A stretch of 64,000 nucleotides of DNA, taken from positions 160,001 through 224,000 of the forward strand of contig JBMNIH010000003.1 of assembly GCA_050950825.1 (NCBI GenBank), read 5' to 3'. The DNA is from Clostridia bacterium. GTDB lineage: Bacteria; Bacillota; Clostridia; JAAYHZ01. The notes beneath the pieces were generated by a model. That model worked only from the letters and a program-made list of their open reading frames with translations, made no database searches and had not been told where the DNA came from. Within the stretch, counting starts at the first letter, position 1; each line of letters opens with the position of its first letter. The translations under genes were made by a program, and so were the position numbers. Shown here in pieces: positions 40,494-48,898 of the stretch.

Positions 40494-40579
40494 AACGCAT
40501 ACCTCCTATTCTATGTCGTAATGGTATATGACCGATTAGCTATATAGTCCGTCGGCTATATGGCTATTATTTACAACAA

Positions 40580-40608
40580 AGTATAGCACCCGCAAGTGGA
40601 AAAGTCAA
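40580..40608 (-). promoter_or_regulatory. Sigma-A promoter of rplY
   Basis: TTGACT-N17-TATACT. Confidence 0.7.
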
Positions 40609-40695
40609 ATTTACAGATAATAACATGCAAAATGTTTGTTCTTTTTTCGGTATAAAAATTTTTTGATTTTTTTAAAATAATTTAACATTCTTTTT

Positions 40696-40785
40696 AATGA
40701 ATTATTATTCAATTTGTTGTATAATATCCAAAGCAAAAACGGATTTACGATTGTTATTTATACATTTAATGCATAAATATAACAT
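40696..40785 (+). promoter_or_regulatory. ArgR (ARG box) operator region upstream of carB
   Basis: TGAATTATTATTCA at 40698-40711 fits TGMATWWWWATKCA; weaker boxes near 40750-40785. Confidence 0.6.
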
Positions 40786-40823
40786 CTGTATCGAAAAGAA
40801 GAAATCGGACGGAGGAATGTTAC

Positions 40824-43800
40824 ATGCCGAAAAGAGAAGATATCAACAAAATTATGATTATCGGTTCGGGACCGATCATCATCGGACAAGCCTGTGAATT
40901 TGATTATTCGGGAACACAAGCCTGCAAAGCATTACGAAAATTAGGATACAAGGTGGTTTTGGTAAATTCCAATCCGGCTACGATTATGACGGACCCCGGT
41001 ATGGCCGATGTCACATATATCGAGCCGTTGAATGTCAAAAGGCTGACCGGCATTATCGAGAAAGAAAGGCCGGACGCCATCCTGCCGAACTTAGGCGGGC
41101 AATCCGCATTGAATTTATGCTCGGAGCTTGCGGAAAAAGGAGTCTTGGAAAAATACCAAGTGAAAGTCATCGGCGTCGATATCGAAGCCATTAAAAGAGG
41201 AGAAGACCGCATCACTTTCAAAGAAACCATGAAGCGTTTGAATATCGAAGTACCGAGAAGCGAACCCGCTTATTCGGTAGACGAAGCCCAAGCCATTGCG
41301 GCGGAATTGGGCTATCCTGTAGTCATACGCCCGGCTTACACCTTAGGGGGAACCGGTGGCGGGCTTGTGTATAACGTGGAAGAGCTTCGTCAGGTAGCCG
41401 GCCGCGGGATTTCCGCAAGTATGATCGGACAGGTCCTGATCGAAGAATCGGTTCTAGGCTGGGAGGAGCTGGAGCTGGAGGTCGTCCGGGATCAAAAAGG
41501 ACAGAAAATTACCGTATGCTTTATCGAAAATGTGGACGCCATGGGCGTTCATACGGGAGATTCTTTCTGCGTCGCTCCCATGCTGACCATTAGCGAAGAG
41601 CTCCAAAAAAGACTGCAGAAAATGGCTTATGACATTGTGGACGAGTTGGGAATCACCGGCGGAACCAACGTACAGTTTGCCCACGATCCGGTTTCCGACC
41701 GTATCGTAGTTATTGAAATAAATCCGAGAACCTCTCGTTCTTCCGCCCTTGCTTCAAAAGCAACGGGATTTCCCATCGCCTTCGTATCCGCCATGCTGGC
41801 GACCGGCATCACATTGGACGAAATCCCCTATTGGAGAGACGGAAGCTTGGAAAAGTACACCCCGTCAGGAGATTACGTGGTGGTTAAATTCGCAAGATGG
41901 GCCTTTGAAAAATTCAAAGGAGCCCAAGACAAGCTGGGAACCCAGATGAAAGCCGTAGGGGAAGTCATGAGCATCGGAAAAACATACAAGGAAGCCCTTC
42001 ATAAAGCCATCCGCTCGTTGGAGATCGGAAGGTACGGCTTGGGGTTCGCTTCCAATTTCCATGAGCTTTCTTTGGAAGAATTGCTGAAAAAGCTGGTGGA
42101 GCCCACATCGGAAAGGCAGTTCCTTCTGTATGAGGCCTTGAGGAAAGGAGCCGACCTTGAAGAGCTGTACCGTTTGACCGGTATCAAGGTTTGGTTCCTG
42201 CAGCAGATGAAGGAGCTGGTGGAGCTTGAAGAAGAGATTTTAAAATACAAAGGGAAAGATTTGCCGGAGGATTTGCTTTTGCAAGCAAAGAAAGACGGTT
42301 TTGCCGACCGCTATTTAGCCCGGTTGCTGGATGTTAGCGAAAAGCAAATTCGAGAAAAAAGAATGGCCATAGGAATCCTCCAAGGCTACGAAGCCATCCC
42401 GGTAAGCGGTGTCGAAAATGCAGCCTACTACTACTCTACTTACCATTCAAAGGATAAAGTCGAAACAAGTACGAGAAAGAAGGTCATGGTTTTAGGAGGA
42501 GGTCCGAACCGGATCGGCCAGGGAATCGAATTCGACTACTGCTGTGTTCATGCGGCCTTCGCATTAAAGGACAAAGGATACGAAACCATTATCGTCAACT
42601 GCAACCCCGAAACGGTGTCTACGGACTACGATACCTCGGATAAGCTGTTTTTCGAGCCTTTGACAGTGGAAGACGTTTTAAGCATTTATCAAAAAGAAAA
42701 GCCTTTTGGCGTCATCGTACAATTCGGAGGACAGACGCCTTTGAATATTGCCGCCGAGCTGGAGCAAGCGAATGTCCGCATATTGGGGACAACTCCGGAT
42801 ACCATCGACCTGGCGGAGGATCGGGATCGCTTCCGTAAGATCATGCAGGATTTGGATATTCCCATGCCGGAAGCGGATATGGCATGGAACATCGACCAAG
42901 CGCTGGGTATTGCCAAAAAAATCGGCTATCCTTTAATGGTCCGTCCTTCCTACGTATTAGGAGGAAGAGGCATGGAAGTCGTACACGATGACGAAGAATT
43001 GTGTTCCTACATGGAAAACGCCGTAGGGGTAAGCCCGGATCGACCCATTTTGATTGACAAGTTCTTGGAAAACGCGGTGGAATGCGAAGCCGACGCCATT
43101 GCAGACGGAGAAAACGCATTTGTTCCGGCCATTATGGAACACATCGAGCTTGCCGGCATTCATTCCGGCGACTCCGCTTGCGTCATTCCTACCGTCGGTA
43201 TCTCCGATAAGAATGTAAAAATCATTCACGATTATACAAGCAAGATTGCCAACGCATTGAACGTTGTCGGACTGATGAATATCCAATATGCCATTGCCAA
43301 TGACAAGGTATATGTTCTGGAAGCCAACCCGCGAGCCTCTCGTACCGTGCCTTTGGTTTCGAAGGTCTGCAATATCCAAATGGCACGCATCGCCACGGAA
43401 ATCATGGTCAATGCGGCATCCGGTATTCCGAGTAAAATCGATAAATTGACCCACGCCCACATCAAGCACTTCGGCGTTAAAGAATCCGTATTTCCCTTCA
43501 ACATGTTCCCGGAGGTGGACCCGATCCTCGGTCCCGAAATGCGTTCTACGGGAGAAGTATTAGGGCTGGCTCGTTCCTTCGGCCTTGCCTATTATAAATC
43601 CCAAGAAGCGACGGGCTTAACCTTGCCGGAGGAAGGAACGGTATTGATTTCGGTGGCATACACGGACCGTCCCGCCATATTGGAAACGGCAAAGCTCTTT
43701 TACGAGATGGGATTTAAAATCCGAGCTACGAAAGGAACCCACGCTTTCTTGAAGGAAAACGGCATCGAAAGCGAGGTTATCAGTAAACTCGGAGAAGGAC

Positions 43801-44054
43801 GTCCGGATATATTGGACCATATCACCAACGGGGATATCCATCTTGTCATCAATACTCCCCTTGGAAAGGCCGGCAAGCAGGACGACTCCTACATCCGTAA
43901 AGCCGCCATTAAATGCAAAATCCCCTACATCACCACCGTAACCGGAGCCCTTGCAAGTGCAAAAGGCATCGCCGCATACAGGAACAACAAAAAGTCGGCT
44001 ACGGAGGTTCTTTCTCTGCAGGAGTATCATAAAGAAATTTGGTACGGGGATTAA
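40824..44054 (+). CDS. carB: Carbamoyl-phosphate synthase large subunit
   Basis: GSGPIIIGQACEFDYSG, GGPNRIGQGIEFDY, two ATP-grasp halves, MGS domain. Confidence 0.97.
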   Translation: MPKREDINKIMIIGSGPIIIGQACEFDYSGTQACKALRKLGYKVVLVNSNPATIMTDPGMADVTYIEPLNVKRLTGIIEKERPDAILPNLGGQSALNLCSELAEKGVLEKYQVKVIGVDIEAIKRGEDRITFKETMKRLNIEVPRSEPAYSVDEAQAIAAELGYPVVIRPAYTLGGTGGGLVYNVEELRQVAGRGISASMIGQVLIEESVLGWEELELEVVRDQKGQKITVCFIENVDAMGVHTGDSFCVAPMLTISEELQKRLQKMAYDIVDELGITGGTNVQFAHDPVSDRIVVIEINPRTSRSSALASKATGFPIAFVSAMLATGITLDEIPYWRDGSLEKYTPSGDYVVVKFARWAFEKFKGAQDKLGTQMKAVGEVMSIGKTYKEALHKAIRSLEIGRYGLGFASNFHELSLEELLKKLVEPTSERQFLLYEALRKGADLEELYRLTGIKVWFLQQMKELVELEEEILKYKGKDLPEDLLLQAKKDGFADRYLARLLDVSEKQIREKRMAIGILQGYEAIPVSGVENAAYYYSTYHSKDKVETSTRKKVMVLGGGPNRIGQGIEFDYCCVHAAFALKDKGYETIIVNCNPETVSTDYDTSDKLFFEPLTVEDVLSIYQKEKPFGVIVQFGGQTPLNIAAELEQANVRILGTTPDTIDLAEDRDRFRKIMQDLDIPMPEADMAWNIDQALGIAKKIGYPLMVRPSYVLGGRGMEVVHDDEELCSYMENAVGVSPDRPILIDKFLENAVECEADAIADGENAFVPAIMEHIELAGIHSGDSACVIPTVGISDKNVKIIHDYTSKIANALNVVGLMNIQYAIANDKVYVLEANPRASRTVPLVSKVCNIQMARIATEIMVNAASGIPSKIDKLTHAHIKHFGVKESVFPFNMFPEVDPILGPEMRSTGEVLGLARSFGLAYYKSQEATGLTLPEEGTVLISVAYTDRPAILETAKLFYEMGFKIRATKGTHAFLKENGIESEVISKLGEGRPDILDHITNGDIHLVINTPLGKAGKQDDSYIRKAAIKCKIPYITTVTGALASAKGIAAYRNNKKSATEVLSLQEYHKEIWYGD

Positions 44055-44076
44055 AGAGAAACATCGATACAAATCC

Positions 44077-44115
44077 AAATCCGGATTTTCTCGAAGGGGA
44101 AAATCCGGATTTTTA
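44077..44115 (+). terminator. carB terminator
   Basis: AAATCCGGATTTTC-N8-GAAAATCCGGATTT followed by T-run. Confidence 0.8.
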
Positions 44116-44242
44116 TGTAATATTTCTAGAATATACCATGGTTACACTTTGCATTTCCCCTTGGTATTGATAATAGATTTATCGGGAAGTATTCTTTTGT
44201 TATCATTCGACATATCTTTAGAAACCGTGCGAGGTATACGAA

Positions 44243-44819
44243 ATGATGAAAAATCATTTTAAACGTTTCATTTCCATACTTGTACTGTCCTTGATTGTAT
44301 CTTGTGCGGGACAAAACAACGACGGTTCCAAGTACCTGCCTACAGCCGGAGAAAGCTCTTTATTTCATGAATTGGCTGATGACGGATCCGGATGCTTCCG
44401 ACATATTGACCTTCGGGTCGAATATGATGAATTTGAAGCATTATCGCTTTTCCGACGACGGCACCATCATACCTGAAAAAGATAACCTTATTTACGGCTA
44501 TTACAGCCTTGTGGCCGGTTTCACGAGCAAAGCTTTTTTATGCGGCAACGAGCAGTTCGACATCAGCAAAATATATCGAGAAAAAACCTATTATGCGGAA
44601 ATTCCGCCGTTTTATAAAAAATTGGCGGATCAACATACTTATATCAATTATTTGCAAAATTTCTATGTAAGCAATGAATACGACATCAAAAAAAGACACC
44701 AAAGTATCGTAAAAATTCCGGATGACCTTATCAACAATCCCCAAAGCTCGTTATCACCGAAAAGAAATGATAAGAAAAATCGAGGAATCCGGAATCGAAA
44801 TATACGGGGATTGATTTAA
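44243..44819 (+). pseudogene. Fragmented lipoprotein (solute-binding-protein-like) relic
   Basis: Signal/lipobox IVSC in 44243-44476 continues in another frame as PEKALYFMNWLMTDPDASDILTFG (44295-44819). Confidence 0.55.
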
Positions 44820-44854
44820 AACAACTCGTCCAACAAACAATAGTACTTTATTTT

Positions 44855-45215
44855 CCCCTCTTCCCCAATCGATAAAACCTCTAACCCTGCCTCGGGATAC
44901 GAATATTTCGGGTAAGCAGAAATCACCGTGGCAAAACACCGTATCGGAAGGAGGCCGGTTGTTTTTCAGTCTGTATTCGGCTTCTTTGAGCTTTTCTTCC
45001 AAACCGTTAGGGAAAGGATAATCCGAAGGATCCATCTCCCAAAGCATTTTTAAAGCTTTGACCGTATCCTCCGGGTTCTTTAAGTTTTTATCCGAATCCT
45101 TATCCATTTTTATCACCGTATCGTCAAAAAGCAAAACGGTAGACCCGGACAGCCTATTCGGTCTTGTATCACGTTTTTTTCCTTTATCCGTTTTGCTATA
45201 TCTTTTTTTCGGGAA
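44855..45215 (-). pseudogene. Aminoglycoside phosphotransferase APH(3')-like relic
   Basis: HGDFCLPEIF and GFIDWGRG motifs; N-terminal DRIGC/SGSTVLLF split by a frameshift; internal segments and C-terminus absent. Confidence 0.7.
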
Positions 45216-45226
45216 TAAAAAAGGGC

Positions 45227-45452
45227 AAAAAAAAGCCGGGTGAACAGCACACGTCCTACCCGGGTGTGGTGTGTAGGGCAGCTGGTGTTGAATAAATAAG
45301 TCTTCTTTCGCATAGCACGGATTGAACGAACCATGAATGATGAGAGGGATGTACGGGTTAAGTGGAATCATTAGAATGTGTGACAGATAGCACAAAGCTC
45401 ATCGGGGTTCCTCTGGGAAGACGGTGCTATGCATACGACTTATTCAATTGTT
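45227..45452 (-). ncRNA. Candidate structured non-coding RNA of unknown family, ending in an intrinsic terminator
   Basis: Four nested helices (45288-45302/45437-45447, 45310-45318/45424-45432, 45328-45332/45406-45410, 45339-45344/45398-45403), then a terminator stem at 45236-45263 plus U8. Confidence 0.5.
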
Positions 45453-45645
45453 ACAGCGTACCAAAATATAATCCTCATATATCATAATTTTATGTCATGC
45501 CATAAATGGAATTTTGGATATAAAGAAAACCCCATTTAGTAGCAGTGGTATCGTACGGTTTAAATATCCCATAACGAGATACGTTGTTTAATCCTACAAA
45601 AAAAGCGCAGGTTAAACATCGAAAACTTAAACACAACGCTTGGAC

Positions 45646-45752
45646 CACTCCTACGGGGTTAGCTGACGGGTTCGGGTAGCCAAGTAACCCTACCTATAAA
45701 AGGATTCACCCCAAAGTTGGACCCCCCGCTTCTAACGAAGAATTCGGAGATA
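45646..45752 (-). ncRNA. Cyclic di-AMP riboswitch (ydaO/yuaA leader)
   Basis: Minus strand CTCCGAATTC...GCGGGGGGTCCAA...TTGGGGTGAATCC...GGTAGGG...CCCGAACCCGTCAGCTAACCCCGTAGGAG; imperfect stem plus U7 follows at 45598-45640. Confidence 0.9.
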
Positions 45753-45789
45753 TGTTATTCAATTAAAATTCGAAACAACTATGTTCGTA

Positions 45790-45822
45790 ACTATAGCATA
45801 CCGGAAATATCCCGATAGTCAA
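45790..45822 (-). promoter_or_regulatory. Sigma-A promoter upstream of the c-di-AMP riboswitch
   Basis: TTGACT-N16-TATGCT, overlapping an extended -10 TGcTATAGT. Confidence 0.6.
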
Positions 45823-45887
45823 GTACTTTTTTCTAAAAATCTTGCACAAAATACAAATACAAAGTACATATGAACAACCGTCCTGCA

Positions 45888-46565
45888 TTAATCGTGGGTA
45901 ACCTTTCTTACCCCTTCCACCTCATAGAGCCGGTTGATCAACTCCGGCTGCTTGCATTGGCGAAATTGCTCGTTGTACAAGACCTTCAGCAAAACGTCTT
46001 TTTCCTTTGTTTCGCGGTTAAAATAGATGGAATCGATAGGAAGCCCTTCATCCTCCAATATATGAAGCACCTTATCGATCATGCCTCCTTCATTTTTCAT
46101 GTTGATATATAAAGCACGGGTATAGCCTCTGTAAGGTATCTTTTTTTCAATTTTCTTAAGAAACATTAAGGTTAAGTACAAAAGCGCCGTAGCCACTGCC
46201 GCTCCTAAGATGTATCCTCCGCCTACCGCTAATCCGACACAGGCAACGGACCAAAGGCTGGCTGCCGTCGTCAAGCCTCGTACCTTAAAATCGTCTTTAA
46301 TAATCGTACCCGCTCCAAGAAAACCGATACCGCTGATGACTTGGGCTCCTAAACGAGTAGGGTCAAAATTCAACTTTCCTTCATACATCATCAGCATATA
46401 CTGAGCCGTCAGCATAACCAACGACGAAGCGACACAAACCAATATATGGGTTCGAAAGCCCGCCGGGCGGCTGGGGTTTTCTCTTTCAAAGCCGATAATT
46501 CCTCCGAACAAGGCTGCCAATAGCAGTCTTGCCATCATAATGTACCAATGCGAATTCATGACCAA
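45888..46565 (-). CDS. MgtC/SapB family membrane protein
   Basis: IGFERE, AGFRTH, DPTRLGAQVISGIGFLGAG, GLTTAA. Confidence 0.93.
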   Translation of the reverse strand: MVMNSHWYIMMARLLLAALFGGIIGFERENPSRPAGFRTHILVCVASSLVMLTAQYMLMMYEGKLNFDPTRLGAQVISGIGFLGAGTIIKDDFKVRGLTTAASLWSVACVGLAVGGGYILGAAVATALLYLTLMFLKKIEKKIPYRGYTRALYINMKNEGGMIDKVLHILEDEGLPIDSIYFNRETKEKDVLLKVLYNEQFRQCKQPELINRLYEVEGVRKVTHD

Positions 46566-46640
46566 CTTCTTTCCTTCCTATTCTATTATTACCATATTCT
46601 TTGATTTCGCCGTTAATACATAAATAAAATCGAATCCTCT

Positions 46641-47483
46641 TTACGATTGAATAAGGACTCCGTAATAGCCGAAGAACCGAAGCCAAACAACGGCAAAAGA
46701 AGCTTCCAAAGGATCCGATCCGTAGACCAACAGGAAAAGAGGCGGCAGATTTTCAAATTGCAGATGCATACCCGGACCAAAGGGAATCAAGATCGATTGC
46801 TCGAAATAAGGAGGCGGATCGGCATTTTCGGAGTCAATGCATAGAAAGATTTTGTCTTCCTCCTTGTTTTCGTACATGAAAAGGGCGTCTTCCGGATAAA
46901 CCGTATATCGGTCCATCATACTGTCTTTTAAAAGGTCCATTTCTTCAAAGAACCGCTTGATGGCAAGTCGAACCTCCTCGCTAATATCGGGAGGGGGGAC
47001 TTGGTGAAATCGTTCTCGGCCTTTGGTCATCATCGGCTTTGCACTTTCCAAAAGAGCAATCTCCTCCCAACCGGCGTCCACTCCCTTAACGGAATACCCC
47101 GCCAAGGCCAAAAGCGCCGTAGCCATGAAGGACTCCTCCTTGTTATAGGAATAGACCAAAATCGGGCGGGACTGAGGCACACGGTCAATAAACGCCCATA
47201 AATCCATTCCCCACGGAATGTTTCTCGCATAGCTGATATGCTCCGCTTCGTAATCCTCCGCTTCTCGTAAGTCGATGATAAATACATCCGGGTTGGCCTT
47301 TACCGAATAGATGAAATCCTCCGAGCCGATACGGTAAGCATCTTTGTCAAAGTTTTCGAAGAATCGGACGACCGAAGCTTCCAAAGGCGGTTTTTCTTCC
47401 GAACAAGAACAAAAAGTCGCGGCTGTAAAAACCGATAAAAGGATTAGGACAATAGTTTTTATGCGTACTTTCAAAATACTCAC
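46641..47483 (-). CDS. Rhodanese-like domain lipoprotein
   Basis: Signal with CSC; IIDLREAEDYEAEHISYARNIP; second degenerate repeat. Confidence 0.75.
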   Translation of the reverse strand: MSILKVRIKTIVLILLSVFTAATFCSCSEEKPPLEASVVRFFENFDKDAYRIGSEDFIYSVKANPDVFIIDLREAEDYEAEHISYARNIPWGMDLWAFIDRVPQSRPILVYSYNKEESFMATALLALAGYSVKGVDAGWEEIALLESAKPMMTKGRERFHQVPPPDISEEVRLAIKRFFEEMDLLKDSMMDRYTVYPEDALFMYENKEEDKIFLCIDSENADPPPYFEQSILIPFGPGMHLQFENLPPLFLLVYGSDPLEASFAVVWLRFFGYYGVLIQS

Positions 47484-47498
47484 ACCTTTTTATCAGAA

Positions 47499-48695
47499 TT
47501 ATTGCGCCAGCAACTCTTGCAAGAACATGGCCGCAGCTCCTAAAGAGATGGCATGGTCGCCGAAATACCCCAATCGCTTGAAGAGAATGCTTGTATCCCC
47601 CAAGTAGCTTTTCCTCAACGCGTGTTCCGATGCAATTTCGTAATACAAAGACGAATGCTTGTTTAAAGGTCCGCTCAGTATGATAATGTCCGGGTTGAAC
47701 AGATTCATAAAGTTGGCCAATCCGGTTCCTAAAACCAAGGCCGCATGGATGATCACTTCCCGCGACAGCTCGTCTCCTTCATCGGCGGCTTCGCAGATAT
47801 CGATAAAACCGATTTTCTCCAAAGGCTTGTTAATGGATTTTCGCCCTTTTTTCACTTCGGAAACGTACTTTTTTACAATTCCTGCAGCGGAACTGTATAC
47901 CTCCACGCATCCGTAATTACCGCAGTGACATTTTTCGCCGTCAATATCCACCGTCATGTGCCCGAAAGCATCCTCGATGTTGTTCATGGTCCGTATGATA
48001 TTGCCGTTGTTGATGACCCCGGTGCGAAGACCGATGCCGCAGTTGAAATAGGCTACGTTTCGGTAATCCTTCCCGTAACCGAACTTGGATTCCAATAAAA
48101 CGGCACAGTTTGCACCGTTATCTATACGAACGGTTAAGCCTAGTTGTTTATGCAGCATATCGCATATTCGTACATCCGACCAACCGGGTGCCAAAAAGGA
48201 ATCCGGATTAATCAAAACACCCTTTTCCCGGTCCAACGGACCTACCGCTCCGAGCCCTGCGCCCAAAATGTCCCTTTTATCAAGACCCGCTTCCGAAAGC
48301 ATGTCTTCAAAACAGGAAGCAATCTTTGAAACGGTCCTATCCGGCAAGTAAGTCTCGTCCATGGTAAAGCGTCTTTTCGCCAAGATATCCATTTTCATGT
48401 TGGACAGAACAAGATCCGTATAGCTTCTGGAGATATCAATCCCCAGCAAATAGCACATACCGGGATTCACGTCATATAAAAGGGGTTTTCTTCCTCCGGT
48501 GGATTCATCGATTCCTGCAGGTACAACGAGATTCCGATCCAGCAAAGGTTTCATGACACGATTTAAGGTACTTAATGTCAACCCCGTTTTCTGCATAATG
48601 GAATTCTTCGTTAATAGCGGGTTGTTAAGTACGACTCGAAAAACCTTTTTTGAATCGTCATCCAAATCTCGAATATAAGACAGCATATCCTGCAT
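47499..48695 (-). CDS. ROK family transcriptional regulator
   Basis: N-terminal HTH, STGGRKP, DNGANC, FGHMTV...CHCGNYGCVE. Confidence 0.92.
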   Translation of the reverse strand: MQDMLSYIRDLDDDSKKVFRVVLNNPLLTKNSIMQKTGLTLSTLNRVMKPLLDRNLVVPAGIDESTGGRKPLLYDVNPGMCYLLGIDISRSYTDLVLSNMKMDILAKRRFTMDETYLPDRTVSKIASCFEDMLSEAGLDKRDILGAGLGAVGPLDREKGVLINPDSFLAPGWSDVRICDMLHKQLGLTVRIDNGANCAVLLESKFGYGKDYRNVAYFNCGIGLRTGVINNGNIIRTMNNIEDAFGHMTVDIDGEKCHCGNYGCVEVYSSAAGIVKKYVSEVKKGRKSINKPLEKIGFIDICEAADEGDELSREVIIHAALVLGTGLANFMNLFNPDIIILSGPLNKHSSLYYEIASEHALRKSYLGDTSILFKRLGYFGDHAISLGAAAMFLQELLAQ

Positions 48696-48898
48696 TCCGA
48701 CACCTGATTTTTCCTTTATTTTATTCGATTATACTCAGTTTTTTCCGTAAATTCAAGTTTACATCGATTAATCGCATGGTAATCATACGTAATTTTCGGA
48801 TTTTTTATATATCCTAGTGAATTTTCCGGCGGCTGTATGATAGTATTTCTATAGGATGAATGTTTCCCGTGAAGATAAGGCGAAGGAGGTTTGTTCGG

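Noticed and set aside
44754-45395. 213-aa ORF as an intact gene
   Set aside because: Chimeric reading that runs through the structured RNA and its terminator into APH fragments; no RBS
45227-45452. Structured element as a retron msr/msd or as 6S RNA
   Set aside because: No adjacent RT (the only RT is a group II intron maturase 17 kb away); the rod shape is 6S-like but I cannot see the conserved 6S motifs, so the family is left unassigned
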